This document shows positions 9,705 through 20,123 of a stretch of 20,784 nucleotides of DNA, piece after piece. A program made the translations under genes and the position numbers. The DNA comes from an archaeon (GTDB lineage: Archaea; AGJL01; Methanococci; Methanococcales; Methanocaldococcaceae), in the NCBI GenBank assembly GCA_024278985.1, contig JAJRSC010000010.1:1-20784 (forward strand), read 5' to 3'. Positions within the stretch are counted from its first letter, which is position 1, and each line of letters starts with the position of its first letter. The notes beneath the pieces are model-generated. The model was given only the letters and a program-made list of their open reading frames with translations, ran no database searches and was not told where the DNA came from.

Positions 9705-9860
9705 ATGGGAAAAAATGAGAGTACTGTTAAAATTGAAGAATATAAGTTAAACTTAATAGAAATGGTTTTAAGAGCCTTTGACCCTTGATATTCATGTGCT
9801 GCTCATATAATTATTAAAGATGAAAAAGGAAAAACTATAAAAATAATAAAAAGTGAATAA
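9705..9860 (+). CDS. vhuU: Hydrogenase subunit VhuU (separately encoded C-terminal Ni-binding peptide, Sec28; 51 aa)
   Basis: Hand translation: [51 protein letters not shown], with TGA at 9786-9788 in DPUxxCxxH. GGTGAGG RBS. Absent from the ORF track. Confidence 0.96.
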
Positions 9861-9895
9861 GCTCACAACCGAACCCAATTTGGGAGGTTGTGAGC
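9861..9895 (+). promoter_or_regulatory. Archaeal SECIS element in the vhuU 3' UTR
   Basis: GCTCACAACC-GAA-CCC-AATTT-GGG-A-GGTTGTGAGC: perfect 10-bp stem with GAA/A loop, starting at the first base after the stop codon. Confidence 0.96.
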
Positions 9896-9957
9896 ATATT
9901 ATTTAAAAACTAAAAACTACTTTTTTAAATTTAAAATTAAATATTCAGGGGGATACT

Positions 9958-11130
9958 TTGGCAATACAAATTCAAAAAGAGGCATGCTTGGTATGTTATG
10001 CATGTCAGGCAGAATGTCCAAATATGGCAATTGATATAGACCATTTTAAAGTGTGTGCATTGTGTTTTAATTGTGTTAATTCCTGCCCTACAGGAGCATT
10101 AGTTGAGGAAGAAATAGAATTAGAAGGAAAAAAATTAAAAAGAATTAGATATTTAGGACATAAATGTGAAAAATGTGGTAAGTGTCAAGAAGTATGTTCT
10201 ATAGGAATTAAGAAAGTTGATGATAATTTTCCATACTCAAAAGGACATTGTGTTTTATGTTTAAAATGTATAGAAGTATGTCCTATTGAAATCATTTCCT
10301 TACCTGGAGTAATAGATAAACCAATAAGAAAAATAGAAGTTCCTAAAGAGCCGATAATAGTTACAGATGATTGTGTAGGTTGTGAAATTTGTGTTCCTGA
10401 ATGTCCTGTAAATGCAATAACTATAGAAAACAACAAGGCAGTTATCGATAAAAGTAAGTGTATCTACTGTGGAATTTGTGCCCAAACATGTCCATGGAAC
10501 GCTATTTATGTAGCTGGTAGAATACCTAAAAAAAGAAGAAAAGAAATCAAAAAGTTTGAAATTGATGAAAATAAATGTATATATTGTTTAGAGTGTGTTG
10601 AGATATGTCCAGGAAATATGTTAAAAGTAGATGAAAAGAATCTTATAGTAATTCCACCTAAGGCATGTCCAGCTTGTAAGTTATGTGTTAAGGTTTGTCC
10701 AGTTGATGCTATAGAGTTAGATGTTAAGCTAAGTTCTCCTCATCCAATAACTGATGAAGGTTTAGTTATTGTAGAGGAAGATTTCGATATTTTAAAGAAA
10801 TGTGCTTCTGTCTGTCCAACAGATGCGATTGTCGTAGATGATAAGAAAAAAGAAGTTAGAATGTGTATCGTTTGTGGAGCTTGTGCAGTTGCTTGTCCAA
10901 ATGGAGCATTAAAAGTTGGAAAAATTGAACATAATGGAAAAGAATATAATAGAATTGAATATAGTCCATATTTATGTAAAAAATGTGGAACATGTGTTAA
11001 AGTTTGTCCAATGAAAACCTTAAAATTAACAAGGTCAGAAAAATTACCATTAAAAGGTTTCTGTGTTATGTGTCTTCTCTGTTTAAGTGTTGCAGAAAAA
11101 GAGAAGAAAAAAGTTTTAGAGTTAAGATAA
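9958..11130 (+). CDS. vhuB: Polyferredoxin (VhuB/MvhB)
   Basis: 390 aa with many CxxCxxCxxxCP motifs; last gene of the vhu operon; TTG start after a GGGGG RBS. Confidence 0.93.
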   Translation: MAIQIQKEACLVCYACQAECPNMAIDIDHFKVCALCFNCVNSCPTGALVEEEIELEGKKLKRIRYLGHKCEKCGKCQEVCSIGIKKVDDNFPYSKGHCVLCLKCIEVCPIEIISLPGVIDKPIRKIEVPKEPIIVTDDCVGCEICVPECPVNAITIENNKAVIDKSKCIYCGICAQTCPWNAIYVAGRIPKKRRKEIKKFEIDENKCIYCLECVEICPGNMLKVDEKNLIVIPPKACPACKLCVKVCPVDAIELDVKLSSPHPITDEGLVIVEEDFDILKKCASVCPTDAIVVDDKKKEVRMCIVCGACAVACPNGALKVGKIEHNGKEYNRIEYSPYLCKKCGTCVKVCPMKTLKLTRSEKLPLKGFCVMCLLCLSVAEKEKKKVLELR

Positions 11131-11133
11131 AAT

Positions 11134-12981
11134 TTAATGAAACTTTGGTTGTTTAGATACAAACATAGGATATGGTAATGGCTTAAATGGATAATCTTTA
11201 GTTTTTTCTTTTATTTCTTTAATTAACTCCTCTGTAGTCATATGTTGTTTATATTGATTTTTTAATGTTGATTTTTCCCTTATAGTTACAGTTAATATAT
11301 TATTTTTAACTTCATCCTCTCCAACAACAACAATATAAGGAATCCATTCCTTTCCAGCAGTTCTTATTTTTTTTCCAACTCTTGCCTCAGAATCATCAAC
11401 ATCAACTCTAATATTATTTTCTCTTAGTTTCTCAGCTATTTTTATTGCATAGTTTATATACTTATCAGAGACAGGAATAACTCTAACCTGGATAGGAGAT
11501 AACCATAACGGCAATGTTGGAAGCTTATCCTTTCTTTTTCCTTCACTTTCTAATATTCCACATAATGCTCTCTCTAATGAACCTGTTGGAGAGCAGTGTA
11601 AAAGGATAGGATAGCTATCTTTAACTTTAATATTAAATCTTTTAGCACTTTCCACATCTATTTGGACAGTTGGATTTTCTATAGGCCTTCCTAAACTATC
11701 AATAACTGCAATATCAACTTTTCCAACCCAGTAGTGTTTTCTCTTAGGTAGTATTTCAAGAATAACATATTTTTTATATTTATTAATATATTTACTTATT
11801 AAATTCATAATCCAATCTCTATATTCATTAAAGAAGTCCTCAACAAATCTAAATATTACATTATAGCTTACATTTAAGTCCTCTCCAGTTTTTAAACACA
11901 TCCAAAATTGATTTTCAAACTCTTCTAATGCCTGCTCTAAGTTTAAGCATAAAGTATGCATATCTGGCATAGTAAAGGCTCTTAATCTCTTTAATCCAAT
12001 AAGTTCTCCTCTTTGTTCATATCTAAAGCTGTATGTAGATAGCTCATATAATCTTAGAGGGAGATATTTTGGAAGGAGATACATGTCTTTTTTTATCATA
12101 AATTGCCCAAAACATGCTGCAAATCTTAACATTAACTCTTTATTTCCTTGTCTAAATCTGTACTGTCTTTCCCCAAATTTATCAGCATGTTCTTTTATTG
12201 GTTTAACACTCAAATCATACATAACTGGAGTTTCAACAGGCATAGCTCCATAAGACACAACTAAATTATAAACATACTCAGCCAATAAATCTCTTATAAG
12301 CTTACCTTTAGGATACCATCTAAAATGTCCTGGGTCTGAGGAAGGTTCATAATCACAAAAATCTTTTTCTTTGATAATTTTAATATGAACTGGCTCTTTT
12401 TCTTGTTTATCTTTTATTCCCAACTCATATTTAGCTAAAGATTTTAGTTCTTCATCTTCAATAATATTAATATTATCTTTATTAATTTCTATAAGTTCAC
12501 CATTTTCTTTAACTAAATAAAACTTAGAGGGTATCTTTTCTTTATCTTCTACTTTTTCATCATCAGGATAAATTTCTCTTGACAATTCACTTAATGGATG
12601 TCCTTTACAACTTAATTTAAATGCTTTATACCATCCAAAAGGTGCCCTTAAAACATTATAATTATTTTCTCTTAATTTTTTTTCAATATCTTTTAGGACT
12701 TCAAGAGCTATTTTAGGTGAAGACAAGTTTTTAGATAAGTGTGCATAAGGATAGACAACAATATTATTAACTTTTAAGTTATTTGCAAGCTTTTCAATCT
12801 CTTCAACTGCCTTATTTACAACTGATTGAGGATTCTCTTCATCATCCTTCTTCTCTACAGCAATAAAGGCAACTAAACACTCCTCCATTCTACCATTTAA
12901 AATATCAGTTTCTTCAGCAATCTTTGTTTTTTCTTTTGCTTCAAACTCAAGATAATCAGCATGTATTAATAGCATTTTCAT
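11134..12981 (-). CDS. thrS: Threonine--tRNA ligase, archaeal type with N-terminal editing domain
   Basis: MKMLLIHADY, VYPYAHLS, RAPFGWYKAF.LSCKGHPLSELSR, LRFAACFGQF, FRYEQRGE, FTMPDMH, LHCSPTGS.ER and WLSPIQVR motifs. Confidence 0.98.
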   Translation of the reverse strand: MKMLLIHADYLEFEAKEKTKIAEETDILNGRMEECLVAFIAVEKKDDEENPQSVVNKAVEEIEKLANNLKVNNIVVYPYAHLSKNLSSPKIALEVLKDIEKKLRENNYNVLRAPFGWYKAFKLSCKGHPLSELSREIYPDDEKVEDKEKIPSKFYLVKENGELIEINKDNINIIEDEELKSLAKYELGIKDKQEKEPVHIKIIKEKDFCDYEPSSDPGHFRWYPKGKLIRDLLAEYVYNLVVSYGAMPVETPVMYDLSVKPIKEHADKFGERQYRFRQGNKELMLRFAACFGQFMIKKDMYLLPKYLPLRLYELSTYSFRYEQRGELIGLKRLRAFTMPDMHTLCLNLEQALEEFENQFWMCLKTGEDLNVSYNVIFRFVEDFFNEYRDWIMNLISKYINKYKKYVILEILPKRKHYWVGKVDIAVIDSLGRPIENPTVQIDVESAKRFNIKVKDSYPILLHCSPTGSLERALCGILESEGKRKDKLPTLPLWLSPIQVRVIPVSDKYINYAIKIAEKLRENNIRVDVDDSEARVGKKIRTAGKEWIPYIVVVGEDEVKNNILTVTIREKSTLKNQYKQHMTTEELIKEIKEKTKDYPFKPLPYPMFVSKQPKFH

Positions 12982-12996
12982 ATCTCTATCCCTCTC

Positions 12997-14028
12997 CTAT
13001 AAAAGTTCTCTATCTAAATATTGAAGTTCAACCCCTTCAGGAGTTAATTTTATTATTCCAAATCTTAACTCATCAACTTTATCCTCAATAGGTGTTATTA
13101 TATTAAGAGTTTTGTTTTTGAAATCTATTTCTTTAACTATCCCAACACCTAAACAAAAACCATCTTTAATTAATCCTACTAAAAGATATTTAAATCTCTC
13201 TGGTTCTATATAAAAGATTAGATTTTTATCAACAAATCTATTTATTTTTTCTTTATCAATTTTAACAACTGTATATTTTCCATCCATTTTTTTACAAAAT
13301 AGAACATTCCACTTGTATATTTCCTCTAAGAGATATTTCTAATTTTCATCAATATCCTCACCATAAAATGCCTTACTACCAGAGATATAGATATCATCAA
13401 AGTTAAACTCTCTTTCAATACTATTTTTAAAATATTCCTTCCATTTTTCTTCTCTAATATTTTTTCTTTCATCCTTGTTATACTTCTTAACACCTCTATA
13501 TACTTCTAAAAATTTAACTTTATCTATGTATGGTTTTAAAATATAATTAAGTTCATTACCTTTTTGAAGGGCTAAAATTACGTCAGGTTTTATTAATTCT
13601 ATTTTTAATCTTTTTATTTCTGCTCCAAGTCCATAAATATATCCTGTTGTATCTATAATAGTCAATTTTTTCTCTGAATAATCAGACAGTTTTTTTATTC
13701 CAACAATTAAATCACCAAAAAATTGAGCTGGAGCAGTTGAACCAATAAAATAATGTTTTTCAGGAGAAAGTTCTGAAATGTTTAAAAATTCTTCTTTTGT
13801 ATAAGCTAAGCTAACAGTTGCAGGAGGTAAAATACTCTTTTGACCTATATCCCCATCAATAATTGCAATGTCTTTTAAATTTTTAGCCAAAAAATTAACT
13901 AATGTTGTTTTTCCAGTATCAACTCCTCCAATAATCATTATCTTCTCTGGAGAGTTTTCTTTAATATAGTCTAATATCTCATATCTATCCTCTGGAAAAT
14001 CCTCTGGTTGTGTTGCTTTATTTAGCAT
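12997..14028 (-). pseudogene. clp1: Clp1/Grc3/Nol9-family polynucleotide 5'-hydroxyl kinase (343 codons; one in-frame TAG at 13339-13341, possibly a sequence error)
   Basis: Walker A GGVDTGKT, DGDIGQ..ILPP, IIDTTG and ERK.IR...W..YF motifs. Reading through the TAG gives ...GEDIDEN*KYLLEEIYKWNVLFCKKMDGKY..., in frame with the 96-aa ORF carrying LVGL...GFCLGVGI..IDF. Confidence 0.85.
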
Positions 14029-14128
14029 AATCTCACGATATTATAGATTTCAATGATTAAGTATATATATAACAATTGAATTAATTATAATATTATATTT
14101 ATGATAAATGATATTTATGAGGATTCTT

Positions 14129-16660
14129 ATGGATGAATATAAATCTTTAATGGTAGGGGCATTATTACATGACATTGGGAAATTGTTGGAAAGAGCAGGA
14201 TATAGAGGAGATAAAGAACTATATAAAAATAGTTATGGACATGAAAAATCTGGAATTAAATTTATTGATGAAGAGTTTAAAAAATTTAATTTTAAATTTT
14301 CTGATGAGGAAATTAGAATTATTAAGGAAATTGTTGGAATGCATCATAATAAAAATGTTAATAAATATTATGTAAATATTGTTAAATTAGCAGATTGGTT
14401 AAGTAGTGGGGAAAGAAGAAAGGACGTGGAGGAAATAACAGAGAGTAGATTATATCAAAGATTATTTCCAATATTTGAAGAAATATATATAAGGGAAAAC
14501 TATAATGAAGGAAGAAAATATAATTTAGTAGAATTGATGGTATCTGAAGCTATATTTCCAAAAAAAGAATATTTTGAGGGTAATTATAAAAATTTAAAGA
14601 AGAAATTTAATAAAAAATTATCAAAAATAAAAAATTTTGAAGCGCTTTTACAACTTATACAAAAATACTGTTGGTGTATTCCTTCAGCAACTTATTGGGA
14701 AAAAGGAAAAACCCTCCCAGATGTCTCTTTATATGACCACTCAAAAACAACCTGTGCAATTGCATGTTGTTTATATATATTATATAAAAAAGGAAAATTA
14801 ACTGATGATAAATTAAAAGATTATTTAAATGAAAAAAATTGGAATGATAAATTATTTTCTCTTATTCATGGAGATATCTCAGGAATACAAGATTTTATTT
14901 TTACAATAACCTCAAAATATGCAAATAAATCTCTTAAAGGTAGAAGTTTTTACTTAGATTTTTTAACTGAATATTTTGCTAAATATATATGTAAAGAACT
15001 TAACTTACCTATAGCAAATATTTTATTCTGTGGAGGAGGACATTTCTATATCTTAGGTTATAATGTTGAAGATAAAAAAATAGAGGAATTTGAGAGAACA
15101 ATAAATGATATTCTCTATAAAATGTTTGGAACTAAACTTTATTTAAATTTGGTTAAGGTGGATGTTGCATTAGAAGATTTTAAAAACTTTAGTAAAAAAT
15201 GGGAAGAAGTTGGAAAAGAAACAAATAAAAAGAAATTTGAAAAATTCAAATATAAAATAAATGAAATATTTAAAGAGGAAAAAGAGGGTAAAGAAAAGTG
15301 TAAAATTTGTAAGTTAGAATTTAAAAAAGAAGAATTTGAGAATAAAGATAACAATGTTGATTTAAATGAAAAAGATATTTGTAAATATTGTGCTTCATTT
15401 ATCGCTTTAGCTGATATCTTAAAACAGTATCAAAAAGAAAATAAAATTAATTTTAATCAAAAATACCATACAAATGCTTTTGAAAAAGAAATATCCTTTT
15501 TAGACCTACCTATAATAAAAGAGTTTGAAGAGAAATTAAAAGTCTTTGAGAATGATGATGAGTTTTTAAACTATTTTTTAAATGAGTATAATTTACCAGA
15601 TAATAATGGAGAGTTATTAATTCCCTTCAAACTTTGGGGGATAGCATTCCCATTAGAAGAAAATAAAATCTTAGATTTTAGTGAATTGGCAGAAAAAGCT
15701 GATGGAAGAACTGGAACTAATAAAATTGGAATTTTAAAAATGGATGTTGATAATCTTGGAGTTTTATTTATGAAAGGATTAGGAGATTATGCTTCAATAT
15801 CAAGAATGAGTACATTAAGTTCTTTCTTAACTTTGTTCTTTGCTGGATATATTCCTTATTTAATAAAAAGTGGAAAATTTGGAGAAGGACTTTATAAAGA
15901 TAACATTTATTTAGTTTATGCTGGAGGAGATGACACTTTAATAGTTGGAGCTTGGGATGCTATTTGGGAGTTATCTAAAGAAATTAAGAAAAAATTTGAT
16001 GAATTTGTTTGTTATAATCCATTTATAACATTAAGTGCTGGAATTCATATAGCAAATCCAAAATTTGAACTTAGAAAAGCAGTAGAGATGGCAGAAGAAG
16101 AGTTAGATGTTAGTAAAAATAACAGATTAGGAAGTATTGAAAAGAACTCATTAACTATCTTTAACTGCCCAATGAACTGGAACTTAGAAGTTTATTATTC
16201 TAAGACGTATTTTGAGAAATTAAAAAAATTGGATAAATTAATCTCTGAAAATAAAAAGGTCTTAGAAGATTTAATAGAATCTTTCAATGAAGTTAAATCT
16301 ATAAAAGAATTAATATCAGAATTTAATGAGGAAACATTAGAGAATAATTTTGAAAAAGCAATTAAAAACACAGATAAGAAAAGACTCCTCCATATTGCTC
16401 AAATAGTTGGGGAAAGATTGGAGAAAGTGGTTAAAGAAAAAAATGGGGAGATTATTATTAACCTTCCATACTATTGGAGAACTCTTTACTATCTACATAG
16501 AAATTATAAGAAGGGTGAGGAGTTAGATGAAAATGTAAAATTTTTGGAGGAGTATATTAAGAAGAAAGTTCATAAAGTTATATTTAATAATGTAAAGCTA
16601 AGTTTCAATGATTTAAAAGTCTCTGCTAAGATTGTTGAATTAAGAAATAGGAGGGGATAA
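14129..16660 (+). CDS. cas10: Type III-A CRISPR-associated Cas10/Csm1
   Basis: HD motif [31 protein letters not shown], CxxC...CxxC, MDVDNLG and palm YAGGDD. ATG 14129 follows a GAGGA RBS. Confidence 0.97.
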   Translation: MDEYKSLMVGALLHDIGKLLERAGYRGDKELYKNSYGHEKSGIKFIDEEFKKFNFKFSDEEIRIIKEIVGMHHNKNVNKYYVNIVKLADWLSSGERRKDVEEITESRLYQRLFPIFEEIYIRENYNEGRKYNLVELMVSEAIFPKKEYFEGNYKNLKKKFNKKLSKIKNFEALLQLIQKYCWCIPSATYWEKGKTLPDVSLYDHSKTTCAIACCLYILYKKGKLTDDKLKDYLNEKNWNDKLFSLIHGDISGIQDFIFTITSKYANKSLKGRSFYLDFLTEYFAKYICKELNLPIANILFCGGGHFYILGYNVEDKKIEEFERTINDILYKMFGTKLYLNLVKVDVALEDFKNFSKKWEEVGKETNKKKFEKFKYKINEIFKEEKEGKEKCKICKLEFKKEEFENKDNNVDLNEKDICKYCASFIALADILKQYQKENKINFNQKYHTNAFEKEISFLDLPIIKEFEEKLKVFENDDEFLNYFLNEYNLPDNNGELLIPFKLWGIAFPLEENKILDFSELAEKADGRTGTNKIGILKMDVDNLGVLFMKGLGDYASISRMSTLSSFLTLFFAGYIPYLIKSGKFGEGLYKDNIYLVYAGGDDTLIVGAWDAIWELSKEIKKKFDEFVCYNPFITLSAGIHIANPKFELRKAVEMAEEELDVSKNNRLGSIEKNSLTIFNCPMNWNLEVYYSKTYFEKLKKLDKLISENKKVLEDLIESFNEVKSIKELISEFNEETLENNFEKAIKNTDKKRLLHIAQIVGERLEKVVKEKNGEIIINLPYYWRTLYYLHRNYKKGEELDENVKFLEEYIKKKVHKVIFNNVKLSFNDLKVSAKIVELRNRRG

Positions 16661-16661
16661 A

Positions 16662-17078
16662 ATGAGACATCAAAATCCAGAAGAGTTAATTAAGTGTATT
16701 ATGTCTGATGAGGAAATAAAAACCGTCCTAAATATAAACAAAAATAATGCTCAAAAAGTTATAGAAATTGCAGAAAAGTTGGGAAAAGAGTTTAAAAATA
16801 TTTCATCTTCAAAGTTTAGAGAATTTTATGATTATGTTTTAAGAATTGATGAAAAAGATGATAATTGGTACAGAGATTTAGTATTTTTAAAACCAAAAAT
16901 GGTTTATACATTTGGTAAAGAGACAAATATCCAAAAAAAAGAAACTTTAGGAAAATTTGCAGGAACATTTAGTAGATTAATTGATGAAATAAATGACGAT
17001 ATCAATAAATTCAAAAGTTTTAAGAGGTTTTATGAATCAGTTGTAGCATATCATAAAATCCATGCTAAGCAACAATAA
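16662..17078 (+). CDS. csm2: Type III-A small subunit Csm2
   Basis: 138 aa helical protein directly after cas10; [17 protein letters not shown] and [11 protein letters not shown] motifs. Confidence 0.92.
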   Translation: MRHQNPEELIKCIMSDEEIKTVLNINKNNAQKVIEIAEKLGKEFKNISSSKFREFYDYVLRIDEKDDNWYRDLVFLKPKMVYTFGKETNIQKKETLGKFAGTFSRLIDEINDDINKFKSFKRFYESVVAYHKIHAKQQ

Positions 17079-17096
17079 GAATATGGGGGGAAATAA

Positions 17097-17837
17097 ATGG
17101 AAAATAAAATTACATTAAAGGGTAAAATAATTATAAATGGGTATATTCAACTATTAACAGGAATGCATATAGGAGGAACTAAAGAAACCTTAAAAATTGG
17201 TGGAACTGATAATCCTGTAATTAAAGATGTATTTGGTAATGTTTTAATTCCTGGAAGTTCATTAAAAGGAAAAATTAGAAGTTTGTTAGAAGTCAAAGAA
17301 GGAAAATATAGTTTTGATAATAAAAGAAATGCATATCTTCCGTGTGATTGTGGAAATTGTGATATATGTAGAATATTTAGCCCTCATGATTCAAAAAATA
17401 TTAAGTAACCTGGAAGAGTTATTATAAGAGATGCATATTTAGAACCAGAAGAAGGTAAGAAAGATTATAATTATTTAGAGATAAAAGTAGAAAATACTAT
17501 AGATAGAATTAAAGGAACTACTGTAAAAGGAGGTATTAGAAATACTGAGAGAGTTGTAGCAGGTAGTAAATTTAAGTTTGAAATTGTCTTTAACATATAT
17601 AAAAAAGAGGATAAAGAACTAATAAAAAAATTTATTGAAGGTATGAAACTTTTAGAAGATGATTATTTAGGAGGTTCTGGAAGTAGAGGTTATGGAAAGG
17701 TTAGATTTACTAACATGAAGATAGTTAATAAACCTAAAGAATACTATGAAGGAGATAAGAGTGCTAAAAAAGAAGAAAAAGATATTAATAATTTAGATGA
17801 TTTAATTAATAAATTAGATAAAGTATATAACTATTAA
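17097..17837 (+). pseudogene. csm3: Type III-A backbone RAMP Csm3 (246 codons; one in-frame TAA at 17406-17408, possibly a sequence error)
   Basis: TGMHIGG, GGTDNPV, IPGSSLKGKIRS and a Cys cluster. After the TAA the same frame continues PGRVIIRDAYL...EIKVENTIDR...R.TERV.AG...LLEDDYLGGSGSRGYG. Confidence 0.92.
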
Positions 17838-17862
17838 TTTTTCCTTTTAGGGGGGAAGTATA

Positions 17863-18963
17863 ATGTATTTATTTGAATTAAAGCCAGCTGTAAATAGTAA
17901 ATATCATTTTGGAGAGGGAAGTTTAGAAAAAACATCAGATATTTTTCACTCTCACAGTTTATTTTCAGCTATAGTTAATAACTATATTAAACTTTATGGT
18001 GAAAATGAGGAGGAAATACAGGAATTAAAAAATATAAAACTTTCATCCTTGTTTTATAAATATAATGATATACTTCTAATTCCAAAACCAGAGCATCCTA
18101 ATTTAATGGATATAGATTTTGATAAATATACTAACATTAAACCAAAAGACATAAAGAAAATAAAATTTATGTCAATTAAATTTTATAAAGAGATTATTTA
18201 TAATAATAGATGGGAAGAGTTCCTTAAAGAGATTGATTATAAACTTAAAGATTCAAAAAACAGAAAATTTCCTTCAATATTAGTTACTGAAGAAGAGAAA
18301 GAAGAAAAAGAAAAGAAAGAAGATATATTTAAAGAGATAAAGTTGTATGATACCTTTATAGAGCATAAAATAGCAATGGATAGAATAAAAAACATTACAC
18401 TACAAAAAGATGGAAAAGGACAGTTATATAGTGTAGAATTTTTAAAACTAAACAAAAATGTAAGTTTTTACTTCTTAGTGGATTTAAGTGCATTGGACAA
18501 TACATTAAAAAATAAGGTCATAGCTGCAATAAGATTAATAGAAGATGAGGGTTTAGGTGGAGAAAGAAGTTCAGGGGCGGGATTTTTTAAAAAGGTTAAA
18601 AAAGAGAATATAAAAGATTTTAAAGACATTTTAAAAGAAGATTCTGACTATTATATGACCTTAGGAATTGGAATTCCAAAAAAAGAACATGTGGATAAAA
18701 TTGAATATTATAAATTATTTGAAATAGGAGGGTATATTTATTCATTCTCATTATTAGCCAAAAGGACAGAAAATATTTGGAAGTCAAGTACTGAAGAAAT
18801 TAATGAAAAGTTATTAAAAAAAAGAATTTTAGCTATTAAAGAGGGAAGTATTGTTAAAAAAGGTTTTGAAGGGGAGGTTAGAGATATAGCACCCTCTGAA
18901 TTTAAGCAACATAATGTTTATGCCCATGGAAATCCAATTTTATTACCATTTAGATGGGGATAA
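17863..18963 (+). CDS. csm4: Type III-A RAMP Csm4
   Basis: HFGEG.LE, FHSHSLFSA, LSSLF, GLGGERSSGAGFF, EGS and H.VY..G motifs; position after csm3. Confidence 0.93.
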   Translation: MYLFELKPAVNSKYHFGEGSLEKTSDIFHSHSLFSAIVNNYIKLYGENEEEIQELKNIKLSSLFYKYNDILLIPKPEHPNLMDIDFDKYTNIKPKDIKKIKFMSIKFYKEIIYNNRWEEFLKEIDYKLKDSKNRKFPSILVTEEEKEEKEKKEDIFKEIKLYDTFIEHKIAMDRIKNITLQKDGKGQLYSVEFLKLNKNVSFYFLVDLSALDNTLKNKVIAAIRLIEDEGLGGERSSGAGFFKKVKKENIKDFKDILKEDSDYYMTLGIGIPKKEHVDKIEYYKLFEIGGYIYSFSLLAKRTENIWKSSTEEINEKLLKKRILAIKEGSIVKKGFEGEVRDIAPSEFKQHNVYAHGNPILLPFRWG

Positions 18964-18965
18964 TT

Positions 18966-20123
18966 ATGGAAACTAAATTATTAAAAATTAAAACTCTTTC
19001 ACCCATTTTTATTTGGAAAGGAGAAGGAGGAGAGTATTCAAAATTAGATTATACTGTAAAAGAGGAGAAAAATAGATTATTAATTGAAATATATAATTTA
19101 AATAAATTATTTAATGACCTAGAAAAATACATTATTTCAGATGATGTCTTTGAGATAGTAAATGAAATCGTTGATAATATAAAAGATATGAACTCTTTTG
19201 ATGATATAAGAAAATATTTAGAAAATAAAAATACATCTATCCCCTTTAAAAAATATTTAATTAGAAAATATACTACTGGAATAAAAGATTTTAAGGAGAA
19301 CAGAGAAAATATAAAACAATTTATTCATCAAAATTTTAATTATTATATCCCAGGAAGTTCTATTAAAGGAGCAATAAATACAGCTTTGTTATATGATAAA
19401 CTTAAAGATCTTAACGATGAAAATTTTAAGGAATTAATTGAAAAAGGTTCTTTAATACCAAACAAAGATATTAAAATTTCTATATATGAAAATAGGTTCT
19501 ATATTTCAGATATTGATATAAATAATTCCATGTTAGATATCTTGAAAATTCAAAGATTTTATATTTATCATACTAACCAAGAAAAAATTGGAAAATTTAG
19601 GTTTGAAATATATGTTGAGGGGTTGAAACCAAATGAATCAATAGGCAATTTAAAAATTAAATGTAGTAATGAAATGTTCAATAAAATTAAATTGGCATGT
19701 AATGAATTATCATTAAAAATATGTGAATGGGAAATTAATATATTAAATGAATATATAAAGAAAGCAAAAAATAATAAAAATGTATATAACGAGTTAAAAA
19801 CATTTTATGAGGGTTTATTGAATGAAATAAAGAATTCAGATAATAATACAATCTTTTTAAACATAGGTTTTGGTGGAGGATATTTACCAAAAACAATGTA
19901 TATTTTGGCAGAAAAGAAAGGAATATCCTTTGAAAGTATTAAAAAATTTTTAAATACTAAATATAAGAATAAATTAAATAGTTACGACCAGTTTCCATTT
20001 ACAAGGGCTATTACTAGATACTTATATAGAAAATTTCCATTTAAAGAAGTAATAAAAAATAATAATCGTTCTAGATATTTAATTAATTATCCATTAGGTT
20101 GGATAAAAATAGAGGAGATATAA
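18966..20123 (+). CDS. csm5: Type III-A RAMP Csm5
   Basis: KTLSPIFI, YIPGSSIKGAI.TA, IGFGGG, P.TR and PLGWI motifs. ATG 18966 follows a GGGGA RBS. Confidence 0.88.
   Translation: METKLLKIKTLSPIFIWKGEGGEYSKLDYTVKEEKNRLLIEIYNLNKLFNDLEKYIISDDVFEIVNEIVDNIKDMNSFDDIRKYLENKNTSIPFKKYLIRKYTTGIKDFKENRENIKQFIHQNFNYYIPGSSIKGAINTALLYDKLKDLNDENFKELIEKGSLIPNKDIKISIYENRFYISDIDINNSMLDILKIQRFYIYHTNQEKIGKFRFEIYVEGLKPNESIGNLKIKCSNEMFNKIKLACNELSLKICEWEINILNEYIKKAKNNKNVYNELKTFYEGLLNEIKNSDNNTIFLNIGFGGGYLPKTMYILAEKKGISFESIKKFLNTKYKNKLNSYDQFPFTRAITRYLYRKFPFKEVIKNNNRSRYLINYPLGWIKIEEI

Noticed and set aside
13339-13341. TAG in clp1 as pyrrolysine
   Set aside because: No pyl genes in the window, Methanococcales are not known to use Pyl, cimA and vhuA end in TAG, and the two similar lesions are TAA.
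18286-18325. Purine-rich GAA/AAA run in csm4 as a tandem repeat
   Set aside because: It is low-complexity coding sequence (EEEKEEKEKKED) with no regular repeat unit.
795-18455. Short shadow ORFs (795, 5653, 6290, 6531, 8150, 10185, 10300, 10740, 14169, 15139, 18237)
   Set aside because: They overlap well-supported genes on the opposite strand or in another frame and show no recognisable motifs.
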